Shown here in pieces: positions 53,466-63,998 of a DNA stretch of 64,000 nt. A program made the position numbers and the translations under genes. How positions within the stretch are numbered: position 1 is the first letter of the stretch; every line of letters begins with the position of its first letter. The notes beneath the pieces are model-generated. The model had not been told where the DNA came from. It worked only from the letters and a program-made list of their open reading frames with translations, and did no database searches. Origin of the DNA: Tubulanus polymorphus (taxonomy: Eukaryota; Animalia; Nemertea); contig NC_134026.1 of the NCBI RefSeq assembly GCF_964204645.1, forward strand, positions 20,804,150 to 20,868,149, given 5' to 3'.

Positions 53466-53770
53466 TAGGCGTTTTTACGAGCATCCGATTTTTGCGATCG
53501 ATTTCGTGAACGATTTGCTCCGATCGTACGATCGAATCGAACGTTCGTAAAAATGACGATGGATTTGGCTAATCACATGACATAAATATGGCGACGTTGA
53601 GGAAAAAAATGTATGGTTTTGAACTACCCGGTGCCGCCATCTTGGAAATCAAATCGCCAAATCGCTCGCCGAGCGAGTTGGTCGATTTCAAAAATCGATC
53701 GGAAAATCGTGTTCGTAAAAACGCCGATCGTGAAATCGATCGCAAAAATCGGTGCTCGTAAAAACGCCTA
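53466..53770. mobile_element. MITE with TIRs of about 40 bp
   Basis: taggcgtttttacgagcatccgatttttgcgatcgatttc / gaaatcgatcgcaaaaatcggtgctcgtaaaaacgccta. Confidence 0.8.
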
Positions 53771-54140
53771 ATAACTACGAGCAAACCTCGGATCCTCGCC
53801 GGCCACAAGTAGAATCCTCGATTGCCACAGTAGCACTGCGGTTCTTCGCGCATCAATAATTTTTGTGGATAGTTTACCAACACTCCCCTCTGCGATCTCA
53901 ATAAAAATTGGCTTCACATACATTGTCCTCAACACTGAAGTTATGGGTCATCACATAAAGTATCAGACTCACATAAAGTATCTTCACAGAATTTATAATT
54001 TGAGTACGGTAATCGAAGTTTGAAAGGCGATCTCGAGTTTGTTTTATGACGACCTTGCAACGGTTACTACCCGGGCTGTAGGGCTTCGATTTTGACCTTA
54101 AGTTGACGTTTAACTCAATTTTCTGTTCGTATATTTTTAG

Positions 54141-54216
54141 GAAGAAGAGCCGGGCACAAGTACTAGTCAGACGGTCAATCCGAAGAAAACTAAGAGTAAA
54201 CCATTACGAAAACCAG
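54141..54216 (+). CDS. SELENOS: Selenoprotein S, penultimate coding exon
   Basis: Acceptor atatttttAG and donor CAG|GTAATT; 76 nt, phase 0 to 1. EEEPGTSTSQTVNPKKTKSKPLRKP resembles SELENOS 'EEDSPGPSTSSVLKRKSDRKPLR'. It is in frame with both neighbouring exons. Confidence 0.9.
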
Positions 54217-54384
54217 GTAATTAGGAAAACGCGATGAAGTAAACACGATTATTTTTCACTGGGTAAATCTTGAGGAATTACCGGTATATTTGAAAGAGTC
54301 AAAGTGATCGAAAATGTCTGTAGATTTAAGAGCACCCAGGGGACTGAAATTTATCTCAATTTGCTGTAAATGAATAAGCTCCCT

Positions 54385-54497
54385 TTCCCGTCTCTGGCTC
54401 CCTCTCCCGTCTCCGGCTCGGTATCCGTCTCCCCCTCCGTCTCTCGCTTCCGTCTCCCTCTCCTGTCTCCGGCTCCGTCTCCCTCTCCCTCTCCCAA
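54385..54497 (+). repeat. Degenerate (CTCCGT/CTCCCT)n hexamer repeat
   Basis: Pyrimidine-rich hexamer run; it gives rise to the spurious SP-rich ORF at 54370. Confidence 0.8.
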
Positions 54498-55354
54498 CTC
54501 ATATTCAAATCACCAAATCGTGACTAGAAGTCCATCAGCTGAATGCCTGAATGTGTTTGCCTGTTTTTCCCCTGAATATTTTTTCACCGTCGATGTGCCG
54601 CGGTCTCCGATATAAGGCAGACGGACAATGTAAACGAGATAATTACGCGTTCGCCGTGAATGCGGTTCGATTCCGGCTGTATTCCTCGCACCATTCCATC
54701 AGGATATTAAAACTTAAACAGTAAACGCGAAATACCGCGACGCCGATTGTTCAATAGATCGGATTATTAATCGCGTATTAATGAAATTGACTCGTCCGAC
54801 ACCGGAGGCTTTTTGTGATTTTCATTCTTTACAAATGCGCAGCGGAAATGATACGTTATAAATGAAAAGCGACACGGATTATCAGGGGCCATTTCGTGCG
54901 CGCCCGTCCGTCGACTTTTGTTTCTAGCCTAGCGCAACTGAAATTAACCTTCGTTCATTAGACCAATCCTGTCAATTATAGAAATGAAAACGACGAGGCC
55001 GGTTCTTTTTTATGGATCGACTTCATTCCTTTACATACTAGGTTTAGAGGTTTAGCTTCGATCGTGAGAATCATCAATCTATCAGGCACATTCCCTAAGA
55101 TATAAGTCACCACAAGGGTGGCATAATCCATTCTTATGCGATTGGTATTTGTGGAGAAAACGAAGGCGTTCACTGGTATTAAAGTTGTTTTGAAATCACA
55201 TAAGGCCATTATATGGGGTATTTATGAAGATTGCCATATTTTCTGAAGGACGGGAGCTATGAATGTTCAATTCCACGCGCGCTTTTTCGTCCAATGTAAG
55301 GGCAGTAATATCCGATCTTCCAAATCAATTTCCTATTGGTCTTATACAACAATA

Positions 55355-55740
55355 AAACTAACTTCAGGTTTCTTAATGCCTTGAAGAATAATACATACAT
55401 TGCTTGGTTATTTTCGACGATGAATGATATGATATAAATCGTAAAGATCAATGAAGTTATTTTGGATTCGACATCGATAATTGAATTGAATTGACCGGCA
55501 ACCAGTCTAGCCCCGATATATCGATGGCGTATATCCTCTCAAAAATAATCGTTCAAACTTATCAAATTATGAAACAACAGTTATGAAATATATCTATTTA
55601 CGAAATGAACGCCAAAATTCACAATTGTAATTGTTATTTTGAAACGCCAATATTGATGACGCAGTGCACATCAACTCGCATAGAGCCACCCCTAAAATAA
55701 TGCATACTATTATTGTAACGGTTTCTACGGAGTAAAAAAA
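55355..55740 (+). repeat. Repeat family B copy in the last SELENOS coding intron
   Basis: Core ttgaattgaccggcaaccagtctagccccgatata at about 55486-55520. Confidence 0.7.
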
Positions 55741-56063
55741 CTACCCAGTGAGAGGGACATTTTATAAGTGTTACCTTCAACGTTTTCCTACTAAATCAAC
55801 ACAACGAATGGAGGGAATTTCATAAACGATTTAAATTAATGGTTTCACTGCGTTTAGCGAAACTGCAACCGGAACCCAATCTTGCGATCTATTATAAAAC
55901 TTGATTAATTCATCGAAAATGAACTAATGATTTGAATTATTGCCAAGAATATGAAATTGAACTTATTACGCGGGTGTCATGAAGACGTATAAGACGTTTT
56001 GATTAAACTATTGACACGTTGTACTCGATTTACGATTTACACATTGTTTCTTATCTATTTCAG

Positions 56064-56155
56064 AATACAACCCGCTAAGCGGAGCCGGTAATGACGGATT
56101 TTGCTATCGGCCGTCGAGATTTGGCGGAGGCGGTGTTGGGGGTGGATGAGGTTAA
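56064..56155 (+). CDS. SELENOS: Selenoprotein S, last coding exon; in-frame TGA (selenocysteine) at 56147-56149, stop TAA at 56153-56155
   Basis: Acceptor ttcttatctatttcAG, phase 1. (E)YNPLSGAGNDGFCYRPSRFGGGGVGGG-U-G-stop matches the SELENOS hallmark YNPLSG...C.(W/Y)RP.R...GGUG, with a Cys 15 residues upstream of Sec. Confidence 0.93.
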
Positions 56156-57546
56156 TTTTCACGGTGTAAATGATATTTTCGTATCGCGGTCCCGAGTTTG
56201 ATATTTCGTGATGCGCGCACTATATGCACGTCGATATCTCTTTCGATGGGACACCAACCGAACTAAATGAAGTTCACTTTTTCGGGTTCTAAAAGCTGAG
56301 CGTTGATTTATAGCAAATCGCACGGAGTCAAACCGCAGTCAGCGGCAATGTCTTTATAGGCCTGCGTATAACGACGAACCTGCGAACCGTCGTAATAAAG
56401 CCTTCTTAATCCGGATCATTTGCGATGATGAAATTCATCCTGTTATGAGAAGTGGACTGTAAGTAACGTCCGGATCGGTTTAATCCAGACATTATTTACA
56501 GTCGGTAACTGATAACCGGATGAACGTCGCCGCCACAAGCGATCCGGATTAATCGGGTTTAATATACGCTTTTGCTTTTTCGCCTGATGCGTCAGAATCT
56601 ACCGGGTGTCTGTTACCGGAAAGTTTGTCCCATTTTCAATGATTTTTCAAAGCTCTGATCTATTATTAGGGGATTCCATTGGAACGGCCCACAGAGACTA
56701 GGCACGGTCACACCGCCGTTATTAAGACCGGTCTAGATTTGACCCGTTCCAATTTGGAGCGTACCAATCGTTCACATTTGCGGAAAGTCCGTTCCAAATG
56801 GTCCGTTCCATTTTAGACCGATCCAGTTTGGACCGACCTAAACGACCGAACCAGGTCCGTTGTAAATTTGGCCTGTTTCAGGTGCGTACCAATGTGGACC
56901 AGTGTAATAGTGGTAATGCGAACGCCGCTATTGAGGTCGCTGGTATTGGGCCATGCTTTTCTTTAGACTCGGTGGCAACGTACTATTAAATATAAAATAT
57001 GAACCAAATGAGTACCTGCATGCTCCCACCTAAATCTACATCTTTCCGGTTTGTCGACAATAATACCCAGTTGACCTTTCGATCAATCGTATAATTATTT
57101 ACAGTCAGAATGTGTGATAAAGCCTACCAGAAGCTGGCCAGCAGCGGTGGGCTTTGTCACCCGCTAATGTACCTGTTTAATTGTTCGCGTTAATGAAGTT
57201 ATTTGTAATCACTTAGTTGCCCATAGTGTCGCTAACTGCGGTTTGACCTCTCCCTCGCTCTCTCTTTCTCTTCCCGGTGATAGCTGCAAACACACTAAAA
57301 TTAATATTGCAGCGTGTTTATCATCACGAGTACAAGTATATTAAACCATGGACACACGTCCATGATTAAACGCGTATGTTTATTGGTATACAAGCAAACG
57401 TGTACTCTGGTGATGATAATTGGTGTTTGATCACCGCCGCCGGCAATTCGAAAACTCGCACGTCGACTTTCGTGAGTACTGACGTCGCATCGTGAAATGT
57501 ACATCCCCCGAACTGCGATACACACCGTGAAGATTAACTAATTGTT

Positions 57547-57757
57547 CAGGGGCGGATCTAGGGCGGAATAGGGCACCCCAAAAGAAAGCTCATCGGAAAG
57601 CATCATCTTTCTGAAATACAGTGAAGAAGCTTATGAATTTAAACTTATTGAGGTATCAGTTTAATATTTTTTTCATTTCCCCGTCATATTTCAGGGTAAC
57701 TTGACATGTTTAGGGGGTGCGCACTCCCTGCGCCCCCTCCCCTTGGATCCGCCCCTG
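57547..57757. mobile_element. hAT-like MITE
   Basis: TIR CAGGGGCGGATCTAGGG / CCTTGGATCCGCCCCTG. Confidence 0.65.
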
Positions 57758-59311
57758 TTGTACATTTTAAGCATTGACATGATTATATTGGTTCCGTGAC
57801 GCGGTGGAGGCTGGATTTTTGAACGGGTATTTTGAGAATTTTTAGTTTTGTTGTCCGAAAAACTAATTTTATGAGCATGAATATGAAATTGAGAAAGGAC
57901 GACGTGGTTCTTTCCCTGAACGAAATTTTCCCGCACATCTAAATTTCTAATAAAACCATCGTAAAAACCCAATTTCAGCGTTCATTTTTAATGTAAAACA
58001 CTTAATTATCAAAATTGGAAACGCTATTCGCAAAATGTTATGTTATGATTAGCAAATATTCGGTTTGATGCGCGAGTTTGATGAGCGTTGGAAATTCACC
58101 TCTGGGAATACGTCGAAACTGATTGAATAAATAATGCCGGTTTTTTACTGGCGTTGGAAGCATGAAATGTTAAAATCTTGATTTGAATTTTTCAAGACCT
58201 AATTTGCCACAGATTTCGTCGTGGCAATAATTTTTCCCTAGGTACAATAAACGTCTAGAACCTCGTATCGACGCAATTGAGTCCAAATTCCAGGTATCGT
58301 GAAAAAACTGATCGTTGTAACCAACAGGAAAATTAATTTTGATAAATTTTTTGACGCCTTTGGAGTAGTTTGTATTCGATAAATCATTTGAGATATTATC
58401 TATTAGCGTATTATCTTTTCATCAAAATCTAAGTAGCGCCAGGTTATTCTTAGAAATTAAACGTAGCATCCGCTAGTAGAGTTTCCCAAGCCACTTTTCA
58501 ATTCAATTCATTTTATTGCTCAAAAATTTACATACAGCAAAACAAAACATTCCAATAGTTACGGAAACATACAATATGGCTTGAGATGAATTTCAATCCT
58601 CTTACAATTTCTCTTGAACTTGTCTCAAGTGAAGTGGAACCTCATAACCAACTTGGATAATGATTCTTCCTATGTAACTATTTAGAGTAAACCTCGGACT
58701 TACGAATCATTTTTCTGACTTCTCAACGATTTTTCCTATCCTTTACTCGGACTTCGCTTACCTCGGACCAATTTTGCCGGTCGCAGTTTGTCCCCGAGTT
58801 AGGCGAGGCTTATTAGGAATTTGGACTCAAAATGCTATATCTTTCATACCGATCGCGCTCAATTCGAAATCCAACAAACAGATTTTCTTGTTCCGTGAAA
58901 TTCGTAGCAACGATTTACTGATTTACTCCACCTCGGTATCTCGTTTTTATTCAGTATCGCCGTTCGAAGAATTAGGGCAGTATCATTCTTATTATTAAAC
59001 TCGCCCGGTATCGTATTTTATACGCGAAACGTGTTGCTTCTGTTTAGCGTACGTTTCAGTTGTCGGAAATGAATATTTGCTTTTTTATCTCTGCGCCACG
59101 ACGCGATGGCTTCTCCGCGCGCGCTTAAAAATTATTGTCTTAGCGTCGTGTGTGTAAATCACGGCAAATTTCGCTGCCGGTGCGACTTATATTGCTTGCT
59201 CTACGAATCAACTGACCGTCGTTGTCGTCGTCATCGAATGGGATGGCTAAAAATACGACGACGCTTTCGAGTCACTATAGATTATAACAACTCTGGAAAC
59301 TGAATTGACCA

Positions 59312-59494
59312 CAGTAGACTTCGCTCTCGGAGTCTGAACTTTTTAGGCCGTAAAATATGTCCGACTTGAGTGATATCCGAGTTGGATGTTATGTTTTTGA
59401 TTCAGTGTCACAGAAAATGTATATTAAAAAAGAGAAACATCTAAGTTGAACAGTTATCCGAGTGGATCGGATCCGACTTGGGCGGAGTCTACTG
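59312..59494. mobile_element. Tc1/mariner-like MITE (partial relative at about 41690-41830)
   Basis: TIR CAGTAGACTTCGC / GCGGAGTCTACTG; the internal atatccgagttggatgtta...gatcggatccgact is shared with 41714-41815. Confidence 0.65.
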
Positions 59495-59877
59495 TATTTG
59501 GGTCCACACTCTTCTGTCAGATCGCCGAGGCGACGCCCGCGGTTGCGATGGATGAAACGTAACCTTTAGGACAAGCCACTGCCAAGGCACGTCATGGGGG
59601 GGAGGAGACCTTATACAATTTTTTTGATATGATATGACAAAAGTGGTGGGGCCCCAATTCCGTCTTGAATAGATAGAGCAATTCCTTTGTCTAGAAGCCT
59701 GGAAATTCTACGACTGTGTTACGAATCTCAATTAATTTTTTAGTCATCGGTATACCACGCTTTATTTTCATTAGCGTCGATATCGATATCTTTCGTTTTA
59801 CAAAAGCACGTAAAGAAAGCCTCAACATTCTTTCATAAATCATCCCAAGAATCCAGCCTTTGCACTGCCGCGTGTTT

Positions 59878-59950
59878 ATACATCATGTTCGAATGAAACT
59901 TGTTTCCATAAAGGGTTCTGAACCATTGGAGCACGTGGATAAGATTGTTC
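59878..59950 (+). promoter_or_regulatory. SECIS element candidate (type II) for SELENOS
   Basis: The pattern is ATGA (59893-59896), 13 nt, AAA (59910-59912), mini-stem GGTT/AACC, then GGAT (59937-59940). Helix II ACTTGTTTCCA pairs with TGGAGCACGT with one mismatch and one bulge. Helix I is weak. It lies upstream of a strong poly(A) site. Folded by eye. Confidence 0.7.
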
Positions 59951-60246
59951 TAAAATGTACACGAAAAAATATACCACTTCGATCCTGGAATAATCGAGAA
60001 AAACCTTTCTTTATCATCGCAGGGTTTCATTCGACTTATTCCCCGCTCATTCAATGTAAAGAAGAAACTCTTTCAGTGACTTGATATGTGATTAAGGTGT
60101 TATTCATAAAGTACTGAATGTATATGACGTGTTTAGAAACAGCGTGTAATACAGGGTGTGTCAGAAAATGTGTTACCGAAACTTTAAGAATAATTATTCG
60201 TTAAGTATGATAGTAGTTAATTGTAGTACGTTTATTGATTAAAATC

Positions 60247-60305
60247 GCAGGTGATGAATAATACAGGTAACACGGCTTAGGAGACACTGTACTTTATGAA
60301 CTTGC
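60247..60305 (+). promoter_or_regulatory. Second, weaker SECIS-like hairpin
   Basis: Helix I GCAGG/CTTGC; ATGA at 60254; AA 11 nt later (60269-60270); helix II TAA-TACAG-GT / AC-A-CTGTA-CT-TTA; 3' core TGAA at 60297-60300. Helix II is bulged. Confidence 0.3.
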
Positions 60306-60481
60306 CTTAAGGCAGAAGTACATTTCATAAACAGACGAAATACGATAATGTATTAATTAGCTCTTGTTTAAGTCTGAAGATGAGTGTTTAAGTTATTGAC
60401 TGAATGTTTTTCAAACTATTATTATATCTGTATTGAATGGAATGTATATGAGCTTATTTCTGTCACTGTTTCGTCCATTGC

Positions 60482-60532
60482 AATAAAAGATGAAGTAAAT
60501 CAAATAACTTTATTCAGTTTGTGGTTTTTTTT
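60482..60532 (+). terminator. Distal polyadenylation signal (likely end of the SECIS-containing SELENOS mRNA)
   Basis: AATAAA at 60482-60487, followed about 30 nt later by a GT/T-rich tract (cagtttgtggtttttttt). Confidence 0.5.
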
Positions 60533-62895
60533 CAATAATTTTGATGAAAATCGGCTGAAGACAATGCCCGCAATGTCAGTATCATCATTGGACGTGTAAA
60601 TCTACCCTCAAATGGATTCAGGCCAATCTATTCGGTTATATATTCATTTCGCTTGAGAAGACATTTTATTATGTATAAATGCAGGCTAATTCCATGCTTA
60701 GTCTTCTGGGTTTAACTTTAAGCGTGGACTCTAAAACGAAAGCTAACGTAACGATCGAAGGCGGCCGTTTCATTTCACGTCCCTTCGTTTTAGTGTCCGT
60801 GCTTATAAAGTACCGTCTACGGAACTACGGATGAACCTTGTTTTACATGTAATGAACATGCAACAATACTACACGCATTCTAAGAAAGTCATTTACCTAC
60901 GCATTATACCTTTCGGTCAGTTTAAAAGGTAGCTGTTACATGACCTACTACATGTACTTATTTTTATCTCGGCTACACGACCACAGCTGACCTCCCCATA
61001 ATTGGAAATACGTGACAAACTGAAGGATATTCAACCGCAAGTTTTGTGATACTGTGAATCGTCTTTTCGGCATGTTTATAGTAGTATTTCATAATAAATT
61101 TGACCCAAAAAAAACAATAAATACATGGAAATATCAAACCAAGATTGGCGGTATGTTGAATTTACAAAATCTTTTTATGAGTATTTACTTACTTTCGTGA
61201 ATACTTTCACTTAAATCAGAACTTAGGAGAAAATCACACATCTTCCATTTAATCTACGCCCCCTAGAAGAAAATTGCCCTTCTCCGAATAGAAACGTACT
61301 TCAGATGTCGTTTCAGATTCATACCGGTATTTGGGAACCGTATATTCAAACTTAAATTAGCAATATCAGGTGATATATCAATTAACAGAATTGTAGCTAT
61401 ATCACTTAATTGCTATTTACTTGTTTGACGTAGAACTTGTCAGCTTTTCATCAAAAGTATGATTATCACAATGAATAACAGTGCGTCAGTACGTTCCGTA
61501 TATCTGTAAACCTGAACACCACAAACAGGTTGACATTTCATACTGTCAAAATAACCCAATCGAATGAATAGGCTATACGTCACATTCTAAGCATAAGATG
61601 AGTTGTGGTATTTCAATATAGTTGTATAAGATGACTTTTACATACTTTTACGGCCGCTGTCTCAAGCATCAGATACCATAAGAATAGGAGAAAGCAAAAA
61701 AAGACTACTTGATCTCTTAAAAGCTCCTTCAAAACCGAAATGCTTTTAAAGATGCTTGAAACTCCCTTAATTTGGACGTAGGGTTGGCGTCACTAAACTT
61801 AAGACCCCCTAAACATAAAACATAAAGAGTCGTCATAGGAAAAAGCAAAAAGTAGTTTTCTTTTAAATCAAATATGAACGTTTTATTTTAGAAAAATATA
61901 GAACAAAACTCAAGTAGAAATATAGAAATATTACAATTATGTCTCTCCGTGGTAGATTTCATAATCATCTTTAAGCTTATATATAAAAGTGTTCGAACAA
62001 CGAATAAACTGTCTATCATCTAAAACTTAAAACATAATGTGTCTCTATAGGCAAATATTAAAGTTTAACATTGGTAAATTAACTTAGATCACATATTTAC
62101 AAAAACTTCAGTCGAATTTCCATAAAGCAGCTACGCATCTTGTGATTATCACGAACAATATTGTGTAAAAACGGTTTGCGAAGAAAGGGTATGTATGTGC
62201 ATTACAAATAAATTTCGTCCAAAAATGTTGCATATTGACGAGGTAAATTAGATTACCTTCGGACCTTAAACCAACGAACCGGTAACTGTTGGTTTCCATA
62301 CTAGAGATTAATGACGTTTCGACCACTACCCTCCGAGTTTTTCTTCAATATCTTCATGTCGCAGATATAAAAGTTTATATAAATGTCCCACATTCTAAAA
62401 CTTGCCACAAGGCACAGATGCACAGATATGAATCGTGAAACAATATGGAGTTATTCATACCCCCGTGAGACATGAAATCTTACGAATTCAAAAGAATTCG
62501 TCATATTATGAGAAACAAGAATTGAACAAATATTTTTCTTGTATTGGAATATTTCTATTAGGCTGTACGCATTTCGTGTACGCAAATGAATTTCCGCGGT
62601 AGTAAATAGCAGAGAGATTGGTTATTTAGAAGATCTTCCGATAACACATACCTAGGTAACGTCTGGCATGCTTGAAATGGTTGGCCATAAGTTCATTTGT
62701 TAAGCACATAGCAAAATATATGATATACTCTGTTTAATATTATGTATAATATTCTTCAAAATAGACCAGGCAATCGGAAGCCCTGTAATTTCTTGAAGTC
62801 CTTTTATGAATCCTTATTGGATAAAGACTTAAACAATAACTTGGAGGGAATCTGACTGACAGCGAGTAAAACAATCTCCAATTTCCCGCTTAGCA

Positions 62896-63026
62896 CTAAA
62901 AATCGTCATCATCTTCACCGACAACATCATACATCGGTTTTTCCTTTTTATGTTTCCGCGATTTTGATTTCCTTGTCGGAGTAATGTCGCTATCATCGAA
63001 AGCTGGGTTCTGATATGCGATACCAT
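62896..63026 (-). CDS. Terminal coding exon of an unidentified gene convergent with SELENOS (probable cytosolic tail of a membrane protein)
   Basis: Acceptor ttaaattttttgtAG|63026, phase 1. Translation (N)GIAYQNPAFDDSDITPTRKSKSRKHKKEKPMYDVVGEDDDDF-stop contains a YxNPxF motif, a basic patch and an acidic cluster. Confidence 0.6.
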
Positions 63027-63331
63027 CTACAAAAAATTTAAGAGGCTCAGCATTTTCTCCTTCAAAGTTTTGTTTTGTTAAACCCATTAAATGCGTAAAA
63101 GATACGTATTAAAACATTAAGTAAGTTTAAAAATGGAGATTTTAGCTTTTAAATAGATACATTCAAATGTGTGCAAATAAATGTAAATGGTGGATTTAGT
63201 TCCACGGTCATGGTTTTGTGGTTTTATAGATGAATAATCAGCAATTTGATGTTACTGTGCACATTCTCATTCAACCCAAAATCGAGGAACTGGGTCCTAA
63301 TCATCTTAACAAATGGATTCAGTATAATTAC

Positions 63332-63421
63332 TTGAATCATCTGCTTTCGATTTCAAGTTAGTCTTAGTTCGTTCCATCTCAAGCTGCATAGCATCAGACA
63401 TCTTGCGTTTACTGGCAGAAT
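63332..63421 (-). CDS. Penultimate coding exon of the same convergent gene
   Basis: Acceptor catccacAG and donor CAA|GTAATT; 90 nt, phase 1 to 1, in frame with the 63026 exon. Translation: xSASKRKMSDAMQLEMERTKTNLKSKADDS. Confidence 0.55.
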
Positions 63422-63896
63422 CTGTGGATGTACGCGTAAATTTTAACGAAACATACATTTAAAAAAAAAGATAGCCATATTTACACCAAGAAAAATATTC
63501 AAGGAAACTACAGAATATTCATACTCATTGTCTCCAATCATATTTAGCAGAAAGATATCTACTAACTCTGACTTCTTAAGTATCGGAGCCAGTATAATTC
63601 AACCGATTCAAAACACCAGGAAATTTATGCCCAGACATATACATCTGCACTAGATGCACTTAACTTGAGAGAACTGAGTGCGCATTTAGTGAATTATATT
63701 AGAAGCCTAAAACATTTGTTAAAAGAAATGGATTAATTTAGTTTACTGGTACATGAGTGCGCAGAAAATATGTGAACTATGAGTGAAACTTTGTACAATT
63801 GCGGTTAACAAATGATTCATAATTTGTCTGTTTACGATACAGCTGAAGTAAGTCATTTGATCAGAGTGAGATATCATCTAAACCCAAAGGATACAT

Positions 63897-63998
63897 CTAC
63901 GCAAGAGTTTTGATTGAGTCATCCATCCACACCGAGTCTAGACTTGCATTACTTAAACTCGACGTTGAGGAGTCTGTTGAACTGACATCACTTATACT
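63897..63998 (-). CDS. Possible alternative terminal exon of the convergent gene
   Basis: An open frame entering from the window edge reads SISDVSSTDSSTSSLSNASLDSVWMDDSIKTLA-TAG. It is Ser/Asp-rich and looks coding; its 5' boundary cannot be confirmed. Confidence 0.3.
   Translation of the reverse strand, partial: SISDVSSTDSSTSSLSNASLDSVWMDDSIKTLA

Noticed and set aside
56150-56156. Splice donor GAG|GTTAAT immediately after the Sec codon
   Set aside because: The unspliced reading already gives the canonical U-G-stop, and the downstream acceptors I tried did not restore a G-stop ending.
56263-56313. Proximal SECIS candidate (ATGAAGTTCACTTTT...AAAAGCTGAGCGTTGAT)
   Set aside because: It forms a hairpin, but the apical loop lacks unpaired AA and the 3' GA is out of register with the core.
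62313-62348. Third hammerhead (minus strand TTGAAGA...GGTCGAAACGTC)
   Set aside because: The core C3 is mutated and stem II is largely unpaired; at best a dead relic.
62896-63087. 63-aa ORF starting MGLTKQ as a complete gene
   Set aside because: A good acceptor at 63027 and an in-frame upstream exon indicate that only 63026-62896 is exonic.
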